A stretch of 63,962 bases of DNA, counting the filler, from Choristocarpus tenellus KU-1152 (taxonomy: Eukaryota > Protista > Phaeophyceae), in NCBI GenBank assembly GCA_964200185.2. It is 12 parts of 12 records of this genome, joined end to end, with 100 filler letters (N's around TTAATTAATTAA, not from the genome) between each part and the next. Parts side by side here need not be neighbours in the genome. Positions count along the whole stretch, not along the records: positions 51,201 to 53,969 come from CAXNAD020024902.1; positions 54,070 to 58,082 come from CAXNAD020016671.1; positions 58,183 to 61,080 come from CAXNAD020023811.1; positions 61,181 to 63,962 come from CAXNAD020024800.1; 8 more parts are not named here. The stretch is one strand, 5' to 3'. The position numbers and the translations under genes were made by a program. Positions 53,181 through 63,962 of this stretch are shown piece by piece. Position 1 is the stretch's first letter. The number at the start of each line of letters is the position of its first letter. Under the pieces are notes generated by a model. It searched no databases. It had not been told where the DNA came from and saw only the letters and a list, made by a program, of their open reading frames with translations.

Positions 53181-53383
53181 GACCCAAAGTATCTGGGGGG
53201 GGGGGAAGGGGGTCTACACCAGGGTGTCCATTTTGGGTCATAACCAGGAAAAGCGTACTTACATTATACATCCGATGAATGCACAACCTAACACTAACCC
53301 TAACCCTAACACAAAAAACCACGACATGAAAAATTGGGCCCAAATGGACAGCTGCCCCCCCTACCCCCCAGATACTTTGAGTC
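53181..53383 (-). mobile_element. MITE family B, complete copy with 4-bp TSD TGTT and an internal CCCTAA run
   Basis: GACCCAAAGTATCTGGGG ... CCCCAGATACTTTGAGTC; TGTT on both sides. Confidence 0.85.
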
Positions 53384-54069
53384 TGTTGTGTGTCAATTCT
53401 ACACAGGCAACAAGCATACTTCCACCTTCTGTGAAGCTCCTATGAATTAATCAAGTAAATCCCACAAAAAATAAGTATTCCAGTTCATGTACTCACTACA
53501 AAAGAAAAAAGGATACGTCTATTCAATTTCAAATGTATACTTTTAAAAATATATTTTTATTAGAACACTTTTTTCCAAATTAAAAGAAAATAGAAATAAA
53601 AAAACACATTATTTCAACTTGTGTTTACATACATAGCACACCACAGAAGAGCAGAACAAGGACATTAGGGTTAATGTGTAGATTGAGATCTAACTAACTC
53701 CAAAGGCAGTTTGCAGTGACAAAGCAATTCACACATGACAACACATACAAACCCTTCTAATCCTAACCCTTTGCCAGCAATGCTCTTCAAAACGTCACAA
53801 CTCTCTCTTCCAAATGCTTAACTCCTCTTCATAATAATCAACATTTACATTCTAGAGATCACTTGAGATGCTTCCTGTCCTATCACATCAACACAAGGAA
53901 TGTAAATATGACACATCATACGCAAGCACTGCATAAGGATACAAAAACCCAGAGTCGTGCACTCCCCCCNNNNNNNNNNNNNNNNNNNNNNNNNNNNNNN
54001 NNNNNNNNNNNNNTTAATTAATTAANNNNNNNNNNNNNNNNNNNNNNNNNNNNNNNNNNNNNNNNNNNN

Positions 54070-54135
54070 CTCTCTACCTTATCACATAATCCACCAGTGG
54101 TGTCTATAGTGTATCAGCAGCACTATCTACCAACA
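54070..54135 (-). mobile_element. LTR terminus of the same Copia family
   Basis: GGTGTCTATAGTGTATCAGCAGCACTATCTACCAACA matches 32580-32616. Confidence 0.75.
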
Positions 54136-54618
54136 GTCTCATCCGTCCAGCACCTTCTCTCACCCTCTTCTTCCTAATTAGCGTCCTTTTCCCCTTTCCG
54201 TTGCCCTTCTCGGAAGGCTTGTCCCTCGGGGTTGGGGTAGGATCGGCATGGATGCGATTCTCACTTCGCCTCACAGTATGGTCGTAGGTGTTCCCTGACA
54301 CTTGTGACTCGTCGCCGCCGCTGCCCACCAAATGGACATTTGGGGGCATTCTGGGGTCACTCCCGACAGGCGTGGACTCTCAGTGCGTGCCTGAACGTCC
54401 ACCCACGTCCTCCTGTACAAGTTCCTCTGGACCTGACAAAGCGTCACAACCGGGTCGGTCCCCATTGCATTCAGAGTCTTCTCTCAGCCTGTTCTTCTGA
54501 AATATCGTCGTTTTCCTCTTTCCGTTACCTTTCATGGAAGGCTTATCCCTCGGTGTTGTGGTTAGATGAGCATGGGCGTGGTTCTCACTTCGCCCCACAG
54601 TATGAGCAAACGTATTGC

Positions 54619-54840
54619 AGAGGGTAGAGCTGCATCCATTGGGGTTTAAACTCCAATGTTGCGATTTTGATGTAATTTTGGGCATTGCGTTTGTTTAGGA
54701 AGTGTCAATATCTGCGTTTCGGACACACCTTTTTCATAATGTATACATTTTACCTACTCCTAAACATTTTGGAGTTGCAAAATGTCATTAAAAAAAACAT
54801 GAGAAGCCAAGGCCCAAATGGACAAACAGGGCATTCGTAT
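54619..54840 (-). mobile_element. MITE family A, inverted partial copy
   Basis: Reverse-complement similarity, including CCCAAATGGACAAACAGGGC. Confidence 0.75.
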
Positions 54841-55889
54841 AGAGAAATGGCGTTTTGATCTGGAGACGTCCAAGATTGTAATCAATGGCCCACCGCATAT
54901 GTACAATCCTAGACCCTGTCGTGATGGCTACTGAAAGACAGTTGTAGATGGCAATTTGTCGCCTATGATTGAGGGGTATGGAATGCTTGACCCAAAACGC
55001 AAAGTAGGTCAGCATAAGAACATACATGACACATTGGAGTCCATCGGCTCTCTTTCCCCAGTTCTGCAATTGATATTTTTTCCTCTCGCTCCTGATGTAT
55101 GTGTGATGGGGTTGCAATGAACGATATCCATGACGCTTACCACATGTACCATGGGGTAGGTTTACTACTCAAATGTTTAGTGGGAGGATGATATGAACTC
55201 GGCACATGCCGTGTGCTTGAAGCCCCTTGTACCCTTTTCCCCTTGTCGAGGAGAGGGAAACTCAAATCTGTGTATTCCCTTCACATCCGCCCAAGTACTA
55301 GAAAGGCAAGTCTGCTCTCAGTTCAAGAGCTGAGGGGTACTGAGGACGGTATCTCCTAGACTGGTAGAGGGTACAAGCGGATATATCCTGTTCAGATGGA
55401 CAAGACAGTGATAGGAGATTTTTTCTAGATTGGTGAGAGTTCAGGAAGTGGAGAGTAAGTCAGAGATAAAAATGCTGAAGTTAGAATCAAGACATATCGC
55501 CTGTATAACATCCCCCCGTAGCATGAAGCATTTGACTGCTTCAATGCGAAGAACAAGCAATTGGACAAGGAAATATGATATCACTCCTTATCCTATCGTG
55601 AATGGAACAGAAATAAAATGACTGTCTCTTCCAGGTCCTAAGGTATTTGTAGGTAACGTTGAGGATTCAGCGGAGGAGGAAACCTGAAGGCAAAACCCCC
55701 TTCCCACGTTTTCCCTGACGACATACATGCTAGGACGACACTCACACCTCACGGCACGCACTCTGCAATTGATTCAACGTTCCACGAGAAAACCTCCTAC
55801 ACCAGAGTCTCACACTCGTGTCGAAAATAGGGTAATGTTCTAAAAGAACTTTCCCCATTTCAAAACCATGGAACAAAAAGTAATGTAGG

Positions 55890-56402
55890 CGCAAAAATAA
55901 TGCCTCACAGTCACAGAGAAATAGGGCGCTGCCAGAGAAAGATTCTCGCTCCTTGAGAACTATGAGCATGTAAACAAATGCAGACAAAAAAATGTCTCAA
56001 AACGACAAAATAGTAGGGTTATGTCATAGAGAGACTTCACCTCTTCAAAACTATTAACACAAATTAATACAGACACAAAATCACAGTAGCACTGGATTAG
56101 GTACTGCCACAGACTCTCCCCCTTCAGAACTATAAACAAACAACTATAGTAGGACACCAAGATAATGTCTCAAAGTCGCAAAGAGAGGGTGGTGTCAAGG
56201 AAAGGCTTACCCTCCCTACGAACTATGAACATACAAAAAAATAAAGACAAATATCAGAAAAATAGGGAGTGTCATAGCAAGAATCTCCCCCTTCACAACT
56301 ATCGAGACAACCAAATGCAAGACACAAGAAAAATATCACAACAAATACAGACAAAAATGTCTAACAACAACATAAAAATAGGGAATATCATAGCAAGACA
56401 GC
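55890..56402. repeat. Degenerate tandem repeat, ~85-95-bp unit x ~6
   Basis: Recurring AATGTCTCA..., TAGGG..TGTCATAG..AGA.TCTC.CC.TTC..AACTAT motifs. Confidence 0.65.
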
Positions 56403-56629
56403 TGCTCGCACTAGTTAGAACGCGAAAGCAGACGTGCTAATCGCCTGTAATATACCCCTCAGCGTGAACTGGGTACACATGTTTCATACTTACCACAGGC
56501 GATAGCCATAGGCAAGGACAAAAAATATCGTCCATCACCTCCATCGCGCTGCAGCAGCATGTATTGGTTGCCATTGGATGACAAGCCAAAAGTTCCAAAT
56601 AATTAGATTCCAGATTGGTCTTACAGGGA

Positions 56630-57570
56630 CCTACAGTCCAGATTCGAATTTACCAGTTGTTTCCACCAATGATCGATATATCTCCTTGTTTCTTTTGAGG
56701 ACGAATCTCCAAAAGTCGCAAGAAAATGTCAGAGTCAGTTCATGTTTGACCTAATTCAGAGTATACAGTTACGAATATACCCTCAATAGATCAACAGATA
56801 TCCTTGTTCTCTTTGAGATAATATTTCCCAAAGGTCACGGAATACCATCAGAGTCAGTTTGCATCTGGTCCAATCCGAGTATGCGCTTGTAACTTTTTGT
56901 TGGTCGAGTTCAAGAGTTGCGAAGCATACATCTCTGACGTGGCCTAGAAATGATGGGTGTCCGATTCCAATCTCCCTAATCATATATGTGATTATTGTAT
57001 ATCCTTGTTTCCTTGGGAAGTGTCCGTCCACAAGGTCACAGGATACAATCTCAGTCAGTTTGCATCTGGCTAATCCGAGTATACACTTGTTCCTTCGAGG
57101 ATCTGATTCAAAGGATACAAGGCATACATCTCTGACTTCGTCTACAATTAATGGGTCCCCAGGTCCAATCTTCCCAATCACAACTGTTATCAATGTATAT
57201 CGTCGTTTCCTTTGGGAGTGTCCCTCCTACAAGTCACAGCATAAAATCATCGTTAGTTCGCATCTGGCCTTATCTGAGTATACACGTACTCCTTCTGATC
57301 CACACCTTCAAAAGTTACAAAGTATATACTTCTGACTTGGCCTACAATTAGTGGGTCCCCAGTTTCGATCTTCGCAATCACCACTGTGATCAATGTGATT
57401 TTTTTCTTCCTTTGGGAGAGTCCCTCCTAAAGATCACACAGGATATAGTCACATTCAACTTGCATCTAGCCTAATCTGACGGTACACTTGTTCCTTCTGA
57501 ACCACATCTTCAAACGTCACAAGGCATACACCTCTAATTCGGCTTACAATAAAAGGGTCCCCAGTTCCGG
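56630..57570. repeat. Degenerate tandem repeat, ~201-bp unit x ~4-5
   Basis: AGTCAGTTTGCATCTGG.C.AATC.GAGTATAC recurs at ~56850, ~57053, ~57253 and ~57455. Confidence 0.8.
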
Positions 57571-57629
57571 CCTTGTCATGTCATACATAACCCTCCAAGT
57601 GCACATTTGTTACCCTTGGGATAGGCAAC

Positions 57630-57888
57630 GAGTCAAAGCATTTAAGAGGGAAGGGTTACGTCTGTTTGGGGTTCAAATTCCAGTGTTGCAATTTTGATGT
57701 CATTCTTGTCATCGTGTTTTTTTGCAAGTGTCAATATCCTTGCTCCGGACACACCTTTCATAGTCATACAAATTTTAGGTAGCTGTGTTCACACAGAAAA
57801 CCGAAAAAGGGCATAAAATAACATTGGGAAGCCGAGCCCCCAACGGACAAACAAGACAAAACTCCTACCTTCTTAAATGCTTTGGGCC
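57630..57888 (-). mobile_element. MITE family A, diverged inverted copy
   Basis: GAGTCAAAGCATTTAAGAGGG ... CCTTCTTAAATGCTTTGGGCC. Confidence 0.7.
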
Positions 57889-58447
57889 AAATAATTTTGT
57901 CCTGTGGAGTTCCTCCTAGTCTCCATCTTCAAAAAGTACCCTCCAGGTGTTGTAAAGCTTAGCGCATGTAAGGCTCGTCGCCCAAAGCCGCTCGTTGAGT
58001 TACACGGTGAACTTACACTGAATATTTTTTTTTTTATTGTTACGCCCTCTGACATTTTGCAGATGTGTCAGGGGGGAAACCANNNNNNNNNNNNNNNNNN
58101 NNNNNNNNNNNNNNNNNNNNNNNNNNTTAATTAATTAANNNNNNNNNNNNNNNNNNNNNNNNNNNNNNNNNNNNNNNNNNNNGCATAGCAGGATTGGCGA
58201 GTTGGTCCGAAGACTATGACAAGTGGGGGTGTGTGGGGGGGGGGGGGGGGGTGAGAAAGCAGTATTGCACATGTCTGAAACCCAACGCAGGTGCCAATGG
58301 TTCTTCCAATAAATTCACAGTCAAGTTGGGTCCCAAACCCTCACGTTTGCGATGCTATTGTTGAGTACCACTTCGACCAGAACCCTGGCATAAATAATTG
58401 TGCAAGTATGTTCGCATGGTGCTAACCTTAAACAAGTAATGCGATTA

Positions 58448-58672
58448 GAGTGAAAGTGTCTTAGAGGGGTATGATTTTTGCCATGTTTTTTCATGACATT
58501 TTACCTACTCCAAAAAGTTTTCCGCGTAGGTAAAATGTATGTTATGAGAAGGTGTATCCGGAACAAGGATGTTGACACTTCCTAACAAACACGATATCCA
58601 AAATTTTATCAAAATCACAACATTGAATTTTGGGCCCCAAACGGACGCAGCTCTACCCTCTAAGATACTTTG
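58448..58672 (+). mobile_element. MITE family A with internal deletion
   Basis: GAGTGAAAGTGTCTTAGAGGG ... TACCCTCTAAGATACTTTG. Confidence 0.8.
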
Positions 58673-59404
58673 AAGAACGATGTTTGCACTACCCTTTCAG
58701 CAACTTTCAAAACCACATAAATCAAAATAGGCAACGGTCATTCACAGAATGATTAAAAAAAAGGCATTTCTAGACGTTTTTCTTCCTTGGAGGGTGGGGT
58801 TACAAACTATCAAGATGCTAAAATCACTACCTCAAGCTCATCATAGAACCGGTCGGTGATCATAGAACGAGAATGACTGCCTTCAAACTGCAACACGAAA
58901 CTGCAGTGAAACAACCCATACAGGGTATCTATCACATCACAGATGGGATGCTTCCCTCTCCAAATCCAATGAAGAAATAATTTCAACAGTGAGCGAGATG
59001 ATTCTCACCCCCGCAGTGTGGGACTAGAAAGGACAAAAATATGATGGAGCATTTCATGTTTCAACTCTCTCTCCCCCCCTCTCTGAGACATGATAGTGAA
59101 TTGGCAACAAGTCATTTAAAACTCCATCAGTTTCATCTGTCGAACAAAACATCGACATATCCTGACTTTATAGGACATGTACAGCTTGGTCAGCAACACA
59201 GTATGCCCATGTGAGAAATCATTCACATTATTGTCAAGACTCCTTACACTGTCTCAATAATCGGTCTGTCTTACTGCAATACCTGGGCTAAACAATTCCT
59301 GCAGTTGCAATCTCTGAAATTAGTCAATTTTTCTAACGGGCTGCTCTACTAATACTATCAAAATAACCCTAACCCTTTGATTCCCAACACCATGCCTATC
59401 TCAC

Positions 59405-61036
59405 CATCAACAATGCCATCCATCAGAGGGATCACATCGCTTTTCTCGACTGCATCACGGAAAGGCCCCAGAACGGTCTCCGATAGATACTCCCTCTTCT
59501 CTTCAGTGAGCATGTGTTCCACCACCGTGCTGGTAATCTTGGTCCACATCTGAAATATAAAAAAACACAAAAACACCAACCAAAAAAGAAAATAGAAGGG
59601 ATGGGAAAAGATGGCGCTCAAGTAGCCAGCCAACAAGAGAGATCCAAGCAAGGTATACCGCCCTGTCCTATTTAAATATGTATACATATTTTCGAAGGGA
59701 AAAAACGCCTTCCTCACGACAGAAAATGCACCAACGAGAAATGAGGGCCGATCAACTCAGCACTCAACACCAAGTTTGCTTCAGTTGTTGCCCTACGAGG
59801 ATGGTTGATATTTGCGGTAGGCGGATGGAGACAACTGAAAAACATGAATGTGCTTGTCAGTTTCAAAGGAAAAACAGTTTCACTTAAGGACAGATTTTAA
59901 AAAGTCGTTCTTGTAGTCACCACATCCTCAGGGGGCGGGGAAGATGTCCCTGTTCATGATTGGTGAGAACCATATCGTTTATCAAGGTGTGCGAAGCAGG
60001 ATTTACAGCCAGGGGAGGGGCAGGTGCAGAGAAGAAACTACCAGACCTATATGGGCTCTCTTGGAGCCCCACACAAAAAGGAAACAGATTGCCTTTGAGC
60101 TTCCAGCACCAAGCATGGTAATCAGACAGGTTCACAACCTCAACTGCACCATATAGTAGCAAGCCTCAAGAGGTCAGCGCGCACTCTCACAAGCAATCTC
60201 ATGATCAACCAACAAATAACACAGCAAGGAACCACAGTGTTGAAGAGAGACAAGTAAGGCGAGGGGATATACTGTAACATGCTACCTTTAGACCCAGCAG
60301 CAAATCTTCTACACCACAATCAGCCAATCAAAACCATGGGTCTACTACCCTATCACCTCCCCTGCTATCTTGGAGTTACCAAAAACTATCTTATCCTTCC
60401 TGGGACCAACACATGACAGAGGTTCAGGAACACAAACAGTGCTACGAATCCATCTGTAGAATTATGTAACTGTTGATGAAATAATGACAATACGCCGGGC
60501 TTCCCATTGTACCTTTGTATACCTCAAACTGTCATATCAATCCAATTGTTGCTGCAGAGGATATCATCAGGCACACTTAGTGAGTCCCACACTTTCCCCT
60601 CACCAATAGAGGCGCTTCCCCCTTTGCATGTTGTCCTGATCTAAGAGCCATGAGGACAGTAGACAGCTTGGATAGTGCAGACTTGTATTCTGTAACGTGA
60701 AGGGTAGAGCAAGACCCCAGGTAGACAGGACATGCAGTCAAGAGGAAAAAAAATATATCAGAGGGTTAGCACAGCACCAAGCACTGCATAACATACACTG
60801 TAGTGAGAGGGGTCACCAGTGCCACACAGCAGAAGGTTGAGTACCATAGTGAAATCCCATTGCATCAAGGATACCTCAATTGAGACCTGTGGAATTTCAT
60901 CATCCCGGGGGAAAAATGCCCCTCCTGGCTCATCTCACACTCAAGTACACTTACGAGTTACATTGCCTTGGGTTGAAAGAGCATCCCATAGGCCAGATCC
61001 CATCACAATTACATCCGGCCTGAACTTTGAAACATC
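59405..61036 (-). CDS. SGNH/PC-esterase-like (CAS1/TBL-type) protein, internal exons 61036-60955, 60689-60604, 59549-59405
   Basis: RPDVIVMGSGLWD motif, then QYKSALSKL...PLLMW...V...L..EKREYLSE; in-frame GT-AG introns. Confidence 0.7.
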
Positions 61037-63524
61037 CTGAGACATATAGAAGTCAGATAGCTGAAATTATTACAGCAGGGNNNNNNNNNNNNNNNNNNNN
61101 NNNNNNNNNNNNNNNNNNNNNNNNTTAATTAATTAANNNNNNNNNNNNNNNNNNNNNNNNNNNNNNNNNNNNNNNNNNNNGGGGGGGAAGGGGAAGGGGA
61201 AGAGGTAGGGGATGATTCGACTGCTCATCATCCGATTGACCCTCAGTGGTGTGCTTCGTTGGTAATTTGTTGGTGAATCAGAAATTCATGACTGGGATTT
61301 TTGAATATGGAGGGTAGATTTTTACACAATGGTGAGGGGAACATAGGTTTGTAAAGTTACAAGGTGATAAAACTTGTGGAGTGGGTTGTATGGAGTATCA
61401 GAATATGTTTCGTGTTCTTGTTTATTGGGGAAGTGAGGACAGGGTGAGGTAGGAATTAAGTCGAGCAAGGTAAGGGGCGTGTTTGAGGAGAACAGTGCCC
61501 TTTTCTGAGGAAGAGAGGAACGGGTTTTGGATGGTGAATGAGCTGGTTGATGTTGTTGGCTAATGTGTAAGGAGCGTTGTCATGATTGTTGGCATCTGAT
61601 TTTATCGTGTGTGGGTATGCAATGTAGAGGCAAGGAAGGGAGAGTATTGTCTGTGGTGGATAAACTTGAAATGATGCTGAGCTGTGACTAAATATTGTGC
61701 TTCAGGATTGGTACTTGATATTATTTGCTGCTCTATTTTTTTTTTATTCTGTGTTTTATTTCTTTTCGAGTGTGCTTTTTCTGTCACAAATCGGTTCTGT
61801 CATGAAGTCCACACACACAGAGTGTAGTATTTAGGAGCAGTTTACTAGAGTTAAGATGTCAAGCTTGGGATGCTACAAAGTCATCAGTGACAATTCCAGT
61901 GGTCAAGCTATTCATCTCAAAAATCGGTAGACAGACGAGTCGTTTCCAAATATTTTTTGTGTGCTCAAGGATCAGTTCAAGTTACCAGCAATTAATCCAT
62001 GCTCATACTTCCACTGCTGCTACTGTAAGGGTATCAACAATGTCTTGAAATATGCCTTCAGCTGTGTAATGTTCAGGCAATGTCGCCATGAAACGTCTGA
62101 GTCCCTTTTCTCAATATCGTCCGTTACCCAGTGCAAGGTACAGACTAAGCAATTGTCCAGCACATATCCAATTCTATTTGGTCAATTTTTATATCTTGAA
62201 GTAGTCCACTCCCACATTAGTTTGAATAAAGTATGAACCAGGGAAAGTAGCCAATGAAATAAAATTTGGCAGAAAAAAAATTTGATGTCAAGAACAATGA
62301 AATATTTATATTGTAGTAGCTCTTAACACCTGTATGGTGTCAAGTATACTGTTGGGCACATTATTGCCTTTTGTCTGGGACAGCACTAACGATCATCTAA
62401 AATGTGATTTATATCATAACAAACGCTTGAGTTGAAATTCTTCCCCAAGCATGCTCTCTTTGGCATGTAGTGCACTCTGTTTAGTAACCAAAATAAGAAA
62501 CTATATTGTGAAGATTACAATTAATTGAGGTGTGAATGATTCACACCCTGATGGTAATTTATCACAAAACCAATCAAACTGAAATGCACAGTTTCCTAGG
62601 GTGGGAGGACATGAAGGTGATTAGTAGTGCCACACATAGTGAATGAAGTACACGCACACACACAAAGGATTGTCAGGTACAATAACATTATACAGTGCTC
62701 CAAGAGGCAAACGATTTGCTGTGACGTTTCCCTCGCCTGGTCTACATGAACCAACAAAAACTGTGAAGAGGAGCTGGTGGCGTTCACCAATGCATATTTG
62801 CAACAGCTGTCAGAAAAGAAAGAAAGAAAATGACTAGACATGAGATGAACTGTGTGTTATGCCACTTCTTCCCTACACACACCCTCTGCCTAAACAGAGG
62901 GACTTGCAGCATTCTAGGGGAAAATACAACTAAATTCAATTATGATTGTATCAGTATAGCACACAAGTATAATAAACAAAAAAAAGATCTGCTCAGAGCA
63001 GAGATGGAGGGAAGTGACTGTCTTTCCCCTTTCATCGATTTTACATACATCAAACTCCTCAACCTAAAAATGGACTTTCACATAAAACAAAATCTACCCT
63101 TCCCCTGTCCCAGGATCATGGAAACAAGCCTATTACGTCTCGACTAACGTACCTAAATAACTCCAAACTCACACTGGAAGGTCTACCCACAATTCTTGAA
63201 GGCTCCTCTTCTTAACATGCCCTAATCCCCCTTTGCACACTAGTGGAAACTTAAAAACTCGTTCGTAACCGCCAGTACTCACACCCAGCACTATTACGTA
63301 TTCAAGTAAATAGATCCTGTACAGCCTGAAGACTGGGCTCACATACACCCCTTGCTAGTTCTTTCAGCCCACCTCACCAACCACTTGAGACATCACTCCA
63401 CTGCCCCTTCCTACCTCACACACGCTTAACTCCCATCCATCGTGAGTACTACATATTGCACCCATAACCAGATAAGGGTTAGGGCTAGGTAAGGTTTGAC
63501 AAGATATTTTCATGCCTTGCACAC

Positions 63525-63962
63525 CTGACGCATGTCCATGGAGACATACTCTTTACCCTTCACATTCACGCCTGTTCCCCCATCAAAATCCTCCATAACC
63601 TTCACACCCTCTTTCATCACAGAGGCCACAGCTTCTCCATTCAATACAATAGATCTTCCCTGTTCCCTTTTCCAGGAAGACTGCGGATCCCCCATTTCTG
63701 CATCCACTGATCCAACTCTAAAACCCCTCTTTTCCACTACTAACTCTGTAGTAGAGGCATCCTTGTCAGAACCACCCCACGAGCCTCCCCTCAATATTGG
63801 TTTCCCTAACCACTCATCACTTTTCTCATCGCCCTCCGGTCGAACTTCAGACCCCCTGTCCTTCCTGAGAGGCAACAAGCCAGAGTCCACGGGGTGTATG
63901 TGGGTAGGTGGAAGAGCCCTAGCCTCCCTCACCCAAGTCCATCGATGCAGGAATTTTGAGAT
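63525..63962 (-). CDS. Exon of an unknown low-complexity protein
   Basis: Stop-free for >140 codons; plausible donor CAG|gtgtgc near 63524; no recognisable motif. Confidence 0.35.

Noticed and set aside
59917-60162. Extra exon of the SGNH gene
   Set aside because: The flanking exons already join in phase 0 without it, and including it breaks the frame.
1-63962. rRNA, tRNA or alternative genetic code
   Set aside because: No RNA genes recognised. Conserved exons have no in-frame stops and genes end in standard stops, so isolated TAA/TAG codons in orphan frames are better explained as decay.

Overview
Eukaryotic, intron-rich, repeat-rich draft genomic DNA. Short TTAGGG runs, the sulfotransferase and SGNH genes and the exon style are compatible with a photosynthetic stramenopile or brown alga, but that assignment is only an inference. 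The window is 12 contigs joined by 11 artificial 100-nt spacers (N44-TTAATTAATTAA-N44), so adjacency across spacers is not evidence of linkage. Spliced genes were modelled by hand. They are a sulfotransferase-like gene, a membrane-protein exon, the last exon of YIPF5/Yip1, EXO1 (7 exons, truncated), an EF-hand protein, a 6-phosphofructo-2-kinase divergently paired with a C1orf131/DUF4602 gene, HSP70 exons and an SGNH/PC-esterase-like gene. Mobile DNA includes a Copia gag remnant with tandem LTRs, at least three MITE families (two share Sola-like termini and 4-bp TSDs) and several tandem repeats. The most notable item is a spliced minus-strand locus (45827-48893) that fuses a ParB/Srx-like domain to a degenerate beta-class N4/N6 DNA-methyltransferase-like domain, an architecture typical of phages and prokaryotes. 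GC-AG introns also appear enriched (about 4 of 26 modelled introns).
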